Of a stretch of DNA of 64,000 bases, positions 28,370-40,459 are shown in pieces. Below the pieces are notes generated by a model. It worked only from the letters and a program-made list of their open reading frames with translations, was not told the origin of the DNA and ran no database searches. Location: positions 34,784,001 through 34,848,000 of the forward strand of contig NC_086108.1 in NCBI RefSeq assembly GCF_963921235.1. The letters are read 5' to 3'. Made by a program: the position numbers and the translations under genes. The DNA is from Mobula hypostoma. Its lineage: Eukaryota. Every line of letters begins with the position of its first letter. Position 1 is the stretch's first letter.

Positions 28370-28606
28370 GTATGTTTTATTTACTGTATGCTCCATTCAA
28401 GGGGTAAAATTCTGTGGTATCTGTCCAGTGTGGGAAAGGTTGGCAGTCTGCTTCCATACACAGCAGGAAGGAATTAGCAAATGTGATATATTATAAACAC
28501 ATAAAACCCAAACAACAGGAATTCTGCAGATGCTGGAAATTCAAGCAACACACATCAAAGTTGCTGGTGAACGCAGCAGGCCAAGCAGCATCTGTAGGAA
28601 GAGGTG

Positions 28607-28644
28607 CAGTCGACGTTTCAGGCCGAGACCCTTCGTCAGGACTA
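28607..28644 (-). ncRNA. Minimal type I hammerhead ribozyme motif, intact
   Basis: Minus strand TAGTC-CTGACGA-A-GGGT CTCG GCCT-GAAAC-GTC-GACTG: full core, helix II, ACGT palindrome, GUC cleavage triplet and helix I. Confidence 0.85.
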
Positions 28645-29503
28645 ACTGAAGGAAGAGTGAGTAAGGGATTTGAAAGTTGGAGGAGGAGGGGGAGATCCAA
28701 AATGATAAGAGAAGACAGGAGGGGGAGGGATAGAGCCAAGAGCTGGACAGGTGATTGGCAAAAGGGGATACGAGAGGATCATGGGACAGGAGGTCCGGGA
28801 AGAAAGACAAGTGGGGGGGGACCCAGAGGATGGGCAAGAGGTATATTCAGAGGGACAGAGGGAGAAAAAGGAGAGTGAGAGAAAGAATGTGTGCATAAAA
28901 ATGAGTAACAGATGGGGTACGAGGGGGAGGTGGGGCCTGAGCGGAAGTTAGAGAAGTCGATGTTCATGCCATCAGGTTGGAGGCTACCCAGATGGAATAT
29001 AAGGTGTTGTTCCTCCAACCTGAGTGTGGCTTCATCTTTACAGTAGAGGAGGCTGTGGATAGACATGTCAGAATGGGAATGGGATGTGGAATTAAAATGT
29101 GTGGCCACTGGGAGATCCTGCTTTCTCTGGCGGACAGAGCGTAGATGTTCAGCAAAGCGGTCTCCCAGTCTGCATCGGGTCTCGCCAATATATAAAAGGC
29201 CACATCGGGAGCACCGGACGCAGTACCGTACCCCATCTGTTACTCATTTTTATGCACACATTCTTTCTCTCACTCTCCTTTTTCTCCCTCTGTCCCTCTG
29301 AATATACCTCTTGCCCATCCTCTGGGTACCCCCCCCCTTGTCTTTCTTCCCGGACCTCCTGTCCCATGATCCTCTCGTATCCCCTTTTGCCAATCACCTG
29401 TCCAGCTCTTGGCTCCATCCCTCCCCCTCCTGTCTTCTCCTATCATTTTGGATCTCCCCCTCCCCCTCCAACTTTCAAATCCCTTACTCACTCTTCCTTC
29501 AGT

Positions 29504-29541
29504 TAGTCCTGACGAAGGGTCTCGGCCTGAAACGTCAACTG
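29504..29541 (+). ncRNA. Minimal type I hammerhead motif with one helix I mismatch
   Basis: TAGTC-CTGACGA-AGGGTCTCGGCCT-GAAAC-GTC-AACTG; G to A change immediately after the cleavage triplet. Confidence 0.75.
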
Positions 29542-29979
29542 TACCTCTTCCTACAGATGCTGCTTGGCCTGCTGCGTTCACCAGCAACTTTGATGTGTGT
29601 AACACATAAAACCCAGTGGTTTTTAAAATAAATGTACCTAAGGCCTGAAACTTATTGAGCTGATCATGATTCTTTTTAAATTTTAATTCCTAAACTTCTT
29701 TGAACTTCCCTAAATTTATAAACGCCACAGAGAGGAGGAGAGCTGAAATCTTCAGTCTGAGTCACCACTGAATCCGTGCTCCCCTTGACCATTGTTTTAG
29801 GCTGTTTGCAACCATTATAACCTTGAGCAGCTTCCAACCTCACCTGAGATCCTTGCAAAATACTGCCTATGATTGGCCTGATGACACCAGACTGCAATTT
29901 CACACCCACATTGCTGAAACCCTTGATCTTGCCTTCGTGTTTCACAGACTCTGGGTTGAATCTTATCTCCCCAAAATTA

Positions 29980-31530
29980 GAGTCTTAAAGTCATACAGCA
30001 CACAGCACAGAAAGAAGCTCTTTCAGCCCACCTGTCCATGCCAGATGTGCTGCCTATATACACTAATACCACATGCCTGCATTGGGTTTATTTGAAATGT
30101 AGATCATTTGCAGATATGGGCAGAGAAATGGCAGACAGAGTTCCAGCTGGCCAAATGTGAGGTATTGCATCATGGAAGATAAAAAATAATGAGAAGTAAG
30201 GAGACAGTACACTGTTAATGGTATGACCCTTAACAGTGTTGATAAACAGGGATCTTGGGGTCCAGGTTCATAACTCTCTGAAAGAGGCTACGTAGGTTGA
30301 TAGGAAAGTAAAAAAAGCATTGAACGAATCTGTCTTCATTTGTCAATGAATTGAGTTCAGAGTCGGGAAGTTATGTCGCAGCATTAAAAAACTCTATTTC
30401 GGCCGCACCTGGAATACTGCATTCAGTTCTAGTTGCCCAGTATAGGAAGGATGTTGATGCTTTGGAGAGGGTGCAGGAGAGGCTTAACAGGATGCTGTCT
30501 GCATTAGAGGACATGTACAAGAAGAATTTGGAAAAAAATGGGTCATTTTCCTTGGACCAGCAGTGGCTGAGAAGAGATTTGACAGATTTATAGAAATATG
30601 AGAAGCATAGATACCTTCGACTGGCAGTATATTTTTCCCTGGGTTGTAATGTCTGATACCAGGGGACATGCATTTAAAGTGAGAGGGGTAGGTTAAAGGA
30701 GATGTGTGGGCAAGTACCTTACACGGAGGGTGGCAATGCCTGTGGTGGTAATGAAGGCAAATACAGGACAGGTGTTCAAGAGACTTTTAGAGAGGCATGT
30801 GAATGTGTAGGGAATGGAGGGATCTAGGTAAAAGAGATTAGTTTATTTGGGCTTTTGATTACTGATCTAGTTAGTTGAGCACAACATTGTGGACGGCAGA
30901 GCTTGTGCCTGTACTATACTAACTCTGTGTTCTAACCCTCTACATCCTTATTATCTGAGTACCTGGTTAAATATGTTTTTAAACATTGAAATTGTATCTG
31001 CTGCAACCAACCCCCACAGCTTGTTCCATACAGCAATCGCTGTTTGTATGAAAATCTTGCCCCCCCGCCCATTCTTGTTTAAATTTCTCCCTCTCACCTT
31101 CAGCCTATGACCTCCAGTTCCCATACCCTGAGAAAAGGACTCTCACTATTCTGTCTATACGCTTCATAGTCATAAACACCTCTGTATGCCTCATACACTC
31201 CATAAGAATAAACCCAGCCTCCTTGTAACTACAGTCCCCTATGCCAGGCAACATCCTATTGAATCTCTTCTGCACTCTCACATTTGTTGTCTGATCCTTC
31301 CTGTAGTATGGTGACCAGAACGGTCCACAATAACCACAAAGTGTGGCCTAACCAATGATTTTACAGCTGCAATGTGACGTACAAACCTTTGGACTCAAAG
31401 CCCCGGCAGGGATACCAAATGCCTTTTACACTGTCCATCCAAGTTGCAAGCTTTAGGAAACTATGAACTTGCACATCAACACACGTAATGTCCCTGCTAT
31501 TTACTTTATATGTTCTGCCAGGATCTGACG
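29980..31530. mobile_element. Nested CR1 fragments (plus copy ~30095-30930 inside an older minus copy)
   Basis: YRKDVDALERVQERLNRML...LRRDL RT C-terminal motif on plus; CR1 3' sequence on minus on both sides. Confidence 0.7.
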
Positions 31531-31879
31531 TCAAGTGGTTTTGGGTTGTGTCAGAGGTCAAACCTGCAGCACAAGCCAATAGTTCCATCCATTTCCAGTT
31601 TAAATGGAAGCTGGATGCGGAGCAGGTAGTTCGTGTGCCTCAAGAAACCTGGCAGCCCATGAGTTAAGTACTTTGTCAGCATTGCCCATAGTCATGGAAG
31701 AGCAGCAGTGATTCCTCCAGAGTCATGATCTTGCAGAAAAGAAGACATCGGTTCTTCCTTGCATCTGATCTGGAATGCAGTTACTCACTGAGGCTCCTCA
31801 ACAGCTCTTCCCAAACCTGCAGTCTCCACTAAGAAGGAAGCTCAGGACATCAGATGGATCGGAATGCCATCACCTCTAT

Positions 31880-33160
31880 GATTCCTCCATGGACCCTTTC
31901 TCGATCTCTCTGTCTCCATCCCTGGAGACAAATTATTGGCCGTCAACTTTTATAAACCGACCAATTCCCACAGTTATCTTGACTATACCTCTTCTCACCC
32001 TGTCTTCTGTAAAAATTATATTCATTTTTTTCAGTTCCTTTGACTCCACTGCATCTGTTCCCAGGATGGGGCTTTCCTTTCCAGGACAACAAAGATATCC
32101 TTCTTCTTCAAAGAATGAGATTTTCTTTCCTCCACCATTGATACAGCCCTCAACCACATCTCCTCCATTTCCTGAAGATCAACGCTCACCCCATCTTCCT
32201 GAGCCTTAACAGAGATAGAATTCCTCCTATCCTCACCTGCCACCCCATGAGGCTCTGTAAACAACATATCATTCTCCACAACATTCACCACCTTCAACAA
32301 GATCCCACCACCAAACACATCTTTATCTCCACCTCATTCTCTGCTTTACATAGAGATCACTCCCGCTGTGATTCCCTTATCCATTCTCCCCTCCCCACTA
32401 ATCTCCTTCCTGACACTTATCCTTGCAAGTGATTGAAATGCTATATCTGTCTATTCACCTCCATTACGGGCCACAAGCAGTCTTTACAGTGAGGCAACAC
32501 TTCACCTGCAAATCTGTTGGAGTCGCCTATTGCATTCAGTGTTCCTGATGCAACCTCCTGTACACTGGTGAGAACCCAGCATAACTTGGGGAACCGCTTT
32601 GTTGAGTACCTCCACTCTATCCATCAAAAATGGAATTTCCTGGCCAGCCATTTTAATTCCTATCCCCATTCCCATTCCAACAAGTCAGTCCATGGCCTCC
32701 TCTTTTGCCAAGATGAAGCCATCCTCAGGGTGGAGGAGCAACACCTCATATTCCATCTCGGTGGGCTCCAACCTGATGGCATGAATTCTCCTTCCAGTAA
32801 CATTTTGCCCCCTCCGCCTTCCTCCTTCTTCAATTCCCCACTCAGGACTCTTGCTTCTTCTCCTCACCTGTTTATTACCTCCCCCGGTACCTGTCCTTCT
32901 TCCCTTTCTTCCATTGTCCACTCTTCTCTCCTATCAGATTCGTTCTTCTCCAGCCCTTCATCTTTCCCACCCACCTGGCTTCACCTATCACCTTCTAGCA
33001 TGTCCTCTTTCCCCTGTCCCTACCTTTTTAATCCTGGCATAATGCCCCTTCCTTTTCAGCCCTGCAGAAGGGATTCGGCCCAAAACGTCAACTGTTTCTC
33101 CAGCACTCTGTATGTATGTTGCTCTGAATTTCCAGCCTCAGCAGAGTCTCTTGTTTTTGT
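31880..33160 (+). mobile_element. Degenerate Penelope-like element, 3' part
   Basis: LGNRFVEYL...HFNSYPHSHS..SVHGLLFC..EA.LRVEEQHLIFHLG.LQPDGMN; decayed hammerhead near 33056-33095. Confidence 0.85.
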
Positions 33161-33934
33161 TTCATCCAAGTTGGTCTCCGTTCTGATTTGGAAGTATATT
33201 GTGCTACCTTCATCGGCTATGGGTCTAAATCATGCAGTACCCTACCAAGGAGGATTGTACAGTTTAGTTACAAAAGAACTGCTGTTTTTCAAGATGTTCA
33301 CCAAGCTCTCGAGGGTAGTTAACATTGATAATGAATGATTATTAAAAGACACCTGTACCGATACTCCCACTCTTGTAGGCTGTGGTATTCTGGTAGACTT
33401 CACCCTTATGAAGGCTGTTTGCCAATGGATCAACCCGATGTATGGGAAACTCAGTTAAAGAAATCCTGCAGTTAAGTTTATAACATGACTTTTGGGTTTT
33501 CCTAGTTTTGCTACATATCATCTGCAGCGAACAACCCCCCTATCAACTTAAAATCTAACCCAATATTGCAGCTCTCTTGGCTAGTCTCTAATCCTGTATT
33601 ATGCCATCTCTCTATTCCACAACAACCCCTTTTCTCCTTGACTTGCATGGCTCTTCCATTCCTGAAACCTTTTGCCTTTACTCCCTCCGTTGGTCACACA
33701 TTTCCTTCTCTTCACTTCCGTAGTTTTCTCCCTCCCAATCCCTCTCAATTCCTTCGAACTCAGCTCCATAGACTTCCTTTTCTGCCCTACCATCAGCAGT
33801 CAAGTCCGTCACTGCTTACCCCTCCAGGAGTTTCCATTAAGTATTGTTTCTTCTGACAAAATTGGTGGCTACATCCTAACAGTTTTGTGGAACTTTTCTC
33901 TGTTAAATGCACAGGTTCTAGTTTTGCAATTAAG

Positions 33935-35535
33935 TCATTGAGTCATAGAAAAGTACAGCACAGACACAGGCCCTTCAGTCCTTCTAGTCTGTGCCAAACC
34001 ATTCAAACTATCTACTTCCATCGACCTGTGCCAGGACCATAGCCCTCCATACCCCTACCATCCATGTGCCTGTCCAAAGTTCTCTTAAACATTGAAATCG
34101 AGCTTGCAATACACCACTTGCGCTGGTAGCTCATTCCAATTTCTCGTGACCCTATAAGTGAAGAAGTTTCCCCTCATGTTCCCCTTAAGCTGACAGCGGT
34201 GTGTAGCAAAGTTTCCATCAAACTCAATATATAAGTTTGCTGATGACACAACAATTGTAGGCTGTATCTCAGGTAATGATGAGTTTGAGTACAGAGAGGA
34301 AATTAAGAACCTGGTGGCATGGTGCGAAGACAATAACCTATCCCTCAACGTTAGCAAGACGAAGGAATTGGTTGTTGACTTCAGAAGGAGTAGCGGACCG
34401 CACGACCCAATTTACATCTTTGTTGCACAAGTGGAACAGGTCAAAAGCTTTAAGTTCCTCGGGGTCAATATCACAAATGACCGGACTTGGTCCAACCAAG
34501 CAGAGTTCATTGCCAAGAAGGCCCACCAGTGCCTTTACTTCCTGAGAAAACTAAAGAAATTTGGCCTGTCCCCTAAAACTCTCACTAATTTTTATAGATG
34601 CACCGTAGAAAGCATTCTTCTTGGGTGCATCACAACCTGGAATGGAAGTTGTCCTGTCCAAGACCGAAAGAAGCTACAGAAGGTCGTGAACACAGCCCAG
34701 CACATCACACAAACCAATCTTCCGTCCGTGGACTCACTTTACACCACACGCTGTCGCAGCCAACACACTTTTCGTCCCTCTTCCCTCCGGGAGAAGGCTC
34801 AGGAGCTTGAAGGCTCGTACGGCCAGATTTGGGAACAGCTTCTTTCCAACTGTGATAAGACTGCTGAACGGGTCCTGACCCGGATCTGGGCCGTACCCTC
34901 CAAATATCCGGACCTGCCTCTCGGTTTTTTTTTGCACTACCTTGCTTTCCATTTTTCTATTTTTATTTATGATTTATAAGTTAATTTTTTAATATTTACT
35001 AATTTTTACTATTTTTAACATTTAATATTTGTAATCTAGGGAGTGGGAAGCACAGAATCAAATATCGCTATGATGATTGTACATTCTAGTACCAATTGTT
35101 TGGCGACAATAAAGTATAAAGTAATCTTTTCACCTTTCATCTTTAACCCATGACTTCTAGTTGTAGTCCCACCCAACCTAAGTGGAAAAATCCTGCTTGC
35201 ACTTACCCTATCTATACCTCTCATAATTTTGTTTACTTCTATCAAATCTCCCCTCAATCTTCTATGTTTCAAGGAATAAAGTCCTAACCTGTTCAAACTT
35301 TCCTTATTGCCCAGGTCCTCCAGTCCCAGCAACATCATTGTAAATTTTTGCTGTACTCTTTCAACCTTATTTATATCTTTCCTGTAGATAGGTGACAAAA
35401 ACTGCACTCAATACTCCAAATTAGGCCTCACCATTGTCTTATAAACTTCAACGTACCATCCCATCTCCTTTGATTTATGAAGACCAATATGCCAAAAGCT
35501 TACTTTACAGCCCAATCTGCATGTAGCGCTACTTT
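33935..35535 (-). mobile_element. CR1-like 3' fragment split by a Rex-like insertion
   Basis: IYRKDINKVERVQQKFT...LRGDLIEV (35125-35530) continues into the 3' end at 33935-34187. Confidence 0.8.
34188..35123 (+). mobile_element. Rex-Babar-like LINE 3' fragment nested in CR1
   Basis: [30 protein letters not shown]; tail AATAAAGTATAAAGTA. Confidence 0.85.
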
Positions 35536-36690
35536 TTTTAAATTATTTAAAACAATTATTTTTTGCTCAACATAATAAAACTTTGAATTTACAGATATAT
35601 TTATATTTACATTTCTTCCCCTCAGCTATCAAACACTTCCATCAAAATCTAGACATCACCCCAATATCCTATACAAAAGCCCTTATTTGTATAGCAGACA
35701 GATTTACATCTACATACTGCTGAAAAGGTTGCTATGTTTTATGAAAACTATTTGTTTTTGAGTGTACCATCCATGTCAAAAGTCCAAAGGATTGAATTCC
35801 ATGATTAATTTACGCCAACCAAAACGTCCAGGGGCTTTATCAGATATCCAACAAAGTTAAATGTTCTTCATCACTCAAAAAGTCAGGATGTTAAAAAGTT
35901 TTTTCTAATGTTCATTAATAATACCACTGTTGGGTAAGCCTAAGAGAAAAGACACAGGGTCCATTTCAAGCTCCATCTTCAGAATCTTTTCCATTTCACC
36001 CAAAATACCATTCCAGTATGCCTGAAGCTTGGGACAAGTTCAAAAACAGTGGGTGAAGGTTCCAGTATTTACTTTACTTTTAGAACACATTGGAGGAACC
36101 CGCGTCTTAAACTGAGAGACAGTTTGGAGTCAGATGGGCTCGGTGCAGAATTTTGAGTTGCAGTGCTTTAGTTCTATTACAAACTGAAATTTTCTTTGCA
36201 TTATCACAGATGTCTTCCCATGTTTCAGCTGTAATTTCTACTCCCAGACCCTTCCCAGACCCTTCCCAGCTGCTCAGCCTCTCCGCAAGAACATTCCCTC
36301 AGGATGCCGTAAAAAGTACTAATGGAGACTTCACCCTTAGAACGAAACACCCTCTTTTCTATGTCAGAACTATCGAAATCAGTTAACAATGATGTTTTTT
36401 TCTGTATATAATCTCTTATCTGACAGAAACAACAAAGATCCTCATTGGGTATGTTAAATTTCTGTACTCTTTAACTAAAATACGTCATCGTTCCTTCATC
36501 AAACAAATCTCCTAGATGGAAAGTACCCTTAGACATCCAAAGTTTAAATCCAGAATCCACTAGGGCAGGCTGAAAATCAGGACTGCCGGTTATTGGAGTG
36601 AAAGGTGATACTTTTGTTGCGTCGCCCTCAATTTATCGCACCACCATCCAAGCCCTGACTGTATTAATTGTTATTGGATTGCGACAATAT
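35536..36690 (-). mobile_element. Old L1-clade 3' fragment inserted in CR1
   Basis: Minus-strand zinc-knuckle remnant CSKSKVNTGTFTHCF*TCPKLQAYW; T-rich left end; flanking similarity TGTAGCGCTACTTT / TGTGGTGCTACTTT as a possible decayed TSD. Confidence 0.7.
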
Positions 36691-38295
36691 TGTGGTGCTA
36701 CTTTCAATGAATAAAGTGTCTTAGTTTGACCTAAAAATTAAGCTTAAGACCTACACAAACATTTAAATTTAATTGAGCTCATGTTTAATGACAAGACTCT
36801 CAACTGTAATATTTCCCTTCTGCCTTCTTACTTGGCTAAGCTCATAAACCATCTTGCACTCAGTGATCATTCAATCATACCTGGAAGTACAGTTGACCAT
36901 AAAGATGCCAGGTGAAGCAGACAAAAAAAAGATAAGCAGAGGATAGCCAAATATCTAAACCAATGTTTGCTCAGCGATTTTAACTAACACTGCTGCTTAG
37001 ATTGATGGACTAAACCTCAGTAGCACAACTTACTGATTCACCAATTGCACCCTTAAAAAATTAGCTTCCTATATCATTGATTATGCTGCCAAGTTTCCAG
37101 TCATACCCAGCTTGGCATTGCTGAATGCATATTGGCGGCAGTCAGTGCCAAGGAAAAGCTGTCGCTCCATTGTGTGGGTGTCCATTTACCTCATTAGTTC
37201 TTGCAGAGATCCACTGGAGCAAAATATTATTGTTTATTGGTGCTCTTTGAAGTTTGCTAATTATCTCTCTAATGCATACATCTGGCATTTGCTGAATCTT
37301 AGGTGCAATGTTTTGCTTACTCTGGGTGAATGCTTAATTTCTAACTGAGCATTAGATTATTATTGGGTCATATAATTTGTTAAAATTTGTGGCATTCAGT
37401 TTCATATAGTTCCCATCTAGGACTTTTAATTATTCTTTACTAAATTACATGCTCTCAGATTTTTATATCTTCGACCTGACCGGAGAGGGGAGAAGAGAGA
37501 ATAGCCAATTTGTGTGAGGCCTTTGATGATGCTGGCTGCTTAGTGAAGCAGCGAGGAGTGTAGCCTGAGCTCATGGTTTGGAGGCCGGTTTCTGTGATCT
37601 AATCATTTATCACAAATACAGAGTCAAATAGGTCTGTGGAACAGGAGCCACTTCACTGCTACCTTACAGGGACAACCGTCTGGAGCAGACTATGGGAGCT
37701 GCTCGTTTCTGGTCACTTCTCCGCTATTTCCCCACTCCCTGTAGATGTGATTAGGCAGGGCTGCCACACTGGAAAGACCTCAGACAAAACAACCTCAATC
37801 CAAAGGAAGTCTAAAATTAGAGGGCAGAGGTTTAGGATGAGAAGGGAAAGCTTTAAAAGGGAACAGTTGCTTCTTCACATAGAGGTTGGAGTGTATATGG
37901 AATGAACTGGCAGAGGAAGTGGTCGGGCAGGTACATTTATAATGTTCAGTACACATTTAGACAGATACATGGATAGGAAAGGTTTAGGGGAATATGGGTC
38001 TTACAGAAATGGGACTAGCTCAAGTGGACAACTTGGTTGGCGTGGACAAGGCGGGGTCAAAGGGCCTGCTTCAGGGCTATTTCACTCTGTAACTCTTAAG
38101 ATGATCTGAAGACACCACAAAGGACCTGGACATCTTTGCGCACCGCTGTACAACAGTGGCTTCATGCCATGGGCCTGATACTGCTTCTCGTGGAGCAGGG
38201 TTCAAGGAAAGCCGTCCAGCTTGGCGCTTGTAAGTTAGTCATGTGACATGCCGTTGGACTCAGCCACAAGTAGAAAAACATGTTTGTGAAGGGTA

Positions 38296-38474
38296 AACAA
38301 CAGGAATTCTGCAGATGCTGGAAATTCAAGCAACACACATTAAAGCTGCTGGTGAACGCAGCAGGCCAGGCAGCATCTCTAGGAAGAGTCCTGACGAAGG
38401 GTCTCGGCCTGAAACGTTGACTGCACCTCTTCCTAGAGATGCTGCCTGGCCTGCTGCGTTCACCAGCAACTTTA
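38296..38474. mobile_element. Miniature fold-back Penelope terminal insertion
   Basis: Arms ~38338-38388 and ~38427-38477; 16 bp TSD ATGTTTGTGAAGGGTA at 38280-38295 and 38475-38490. Confidence 0.92.
38387..38422 (+). ncRNA. Minimal type I hammerhead motif, intact, in the hairpin loop
   Basis: AGTC-CTGACGA-AGGGTCTCGGCCT-GAAAC-GTT-GACT; GUU fits the NUH rule; AACGTT palindrome. Confidence 0.85.
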
Positions 38475-40301
38475 ATGTTTGTGAAGGGTATTAAGCTTTA
38501 TATTTTACAAGATTCTATTTAATGCAACAGTTCACCCAGTTGGAATCAAAAGAGATTGTGTGCACAGGAGTTAAGAGTCACTGTTAAGGGCAGTGACTGT
38601 TAAATGGCTGTGTGCAATCTGTACACCTCAGCAGGTGATTAATGCTCCATTTCTTACCTTTTCAGATGCTTATCTGTCTCTTCATTTGAACAAATACCTG
38701 TCCTTTACTGAGTGTTGGGTGCCAGCCAGTGTAAATATCCTATTTGATTTGCTGTGCTGAACACTGAACCATTACTATTAAAACCAAACATCTGAATAAC
38801 ATTATAGTGATGCACTTACTCTGTTCACACAGACCATTGTCATGCTACATGGAAAGAAGAAGGCACCATTGATTTGTAGGGTTGGCTGCCATTAACGTAG
38901 AGGAGGGCCATTCATTTTGCTTGTTGGGGTAGGAGATCTGATAGGGTTGCTCTGCTCATTAGAGGAACAGAGAGGTGGAGTAGCAGAGATCAGGGTTGCT
39001 TCATCAATTGGGAAATTTGAAAAACAGACCCACAGGTGAGTAGCTGTAGTTAATGGCCCTCAAAACCCTTTAGCAAATCAGCGGGATAGAGCCAGGCATG
39101 CTTCCAGCTTCAATTTCCCAAAGTACTAATGTTTTTAAATTGCTTGGAAATGGAAGCCATGGGTTCTACAATGTCCAGAGTCATGGGCAACATTAAAAAG
39201 TGTAGGCTTCCTACAGATGTTCAGGTTTTCTCCCATATCCTTACAATGAGCTGGTTGGTAAATTAATTCTCTTCTGTAACTAGTCACAACTATAGGTGGG
39301 CAGTAGAATCTTGGGGGGTGGTGGAATTGGTTACAAGGATGAGAGGGAGATCAAGTTAATTGGCTTGCTTTGAGAGCTGACATTGACTCAGTGAGCCAAA
39401 TGGCTTCCTTCTATGTTGAAAGAAAATATACTGTATGTAGCAATAAGTAACAGGGATTGATGCAGGGGCTGATGACAGCCCTTGAGTTGTCTGCATTGCG
39501 CTTCAAAAGTTCAAAATGGTATTTTTAACTTCTTATATTTGACAGCACACTTGGGGGCTTCAGCTAGCTCCAAAGTCCTTTGTTTGTTCACAGAAGTCCC
39601 AATCAAAAGGATTGCTGCAAGGAAGGCTTAGGATTCTTGTAAAAGTACATAGAAAGCTATTGATGTCTTCTGTTGATCTCAGCTCTGGAGAACATAGGGA
39701 AAATCTGGGATGGATATCATCAGAGAGCCATTCAGCTCAGGACTCCCACAGGAGTTCATAGGTCAAGAAAAAATGTTCTCCATGCTATTATCACGCGAGG
39801 CAGCCAATTTCCATAAGACAAAGGTGCAGAAGTCGGCTATTCGGCCCATCGAGTCTGCTCTGCCGTTTTATCATGAGCTGATCCATTCTCCCTTTTAGAT
39901 GTGGTTGTCTTGTTCACTATAGGAAATCCAAGCAATCCAGAGATTTGCCATTGATTTTTGTTCCAGGTTGAGAAAGAACATCATCCATTTGGAACTCACA
40001 GCAGCAAAATTTTAGTTTCCTACATTCCACAGCCACATCAAAGATTGGCGATAATCCTTCAACCAGATACACATCCCTCATTTGCAAATACCAAAGTCCT
40101 TTCTAGCTGTCCAATAGTGACACCTGAAATAATTACCAAGTCTGCCAAGTGAGATATTTTCTAGGTTGGAAAAAGTAGATCTCCTTAATTTCTACATGGT
40201 GGATAGTCACATGCCACCAAACTTATAATTCTACCTTTGTTCTGAATGTCACTCTATCTAACAGTGATGAATCCTTTACATTGTCCTTGTATCTGCACCA
40301 G

Positions 40302-40459
40302 CTCTGCATCAGACTGGCATAGAGAAGGAGGATTCAGAAGAGACTGATATCGATGCTGTCGATCACCCTCTACATGATGGTACAGAGGCCCACTTCAGCC
40401 GGGGCGTGACTGACTTGGACGCAGTACGAAATGAACCGGATCTTCATAAGATCAAAAAG
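40302..40459 (+). CDS. NOS1AP: Following coding exon of NOS1AP/CAPON, post-PTB linker
   Basis: Acceptor atctgcaccag and donor AAG|gtaacc. 158 nt, phase 1 to 0: (A)LHQTGIEKEDSEETDIDAVDHPLHDGTEAHFSRGVTDLDAVRNEPDLHKIKK, containing the NOS1AP motifs EETDIDAV and FSRGVTDLDAV. Confidence 0.92.

Larger units (their letters stand above)
28511..29600. mobile_element. Young Penelope-like insertion with 374 bp inverted arms around a GIY-YIG fragment
   Basis: Arms 28548-28921 and 29227-29600; the spacer reads on minus YCVRCSRCGLLYIGETRCRLGDRFAEH...; 15 bp TSD AACACATAAAACCCA at 28496-28510 and 29601-29615. Confidence 0.95.

Noticed and set aside
28414..29631. Dense cluster of overlapping 60-150 aa ORFs on both strands
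   Set aside because: All arise from the purine/pyrimidine-skewed Penelope arms; only the GIY-YIG frame is meaningful.
32517..33338. 273 aa ORF as a host gene
   Set aside because: A Penelope endonuclease tail reading through low-complexity terminal repeat; no splice or family support.
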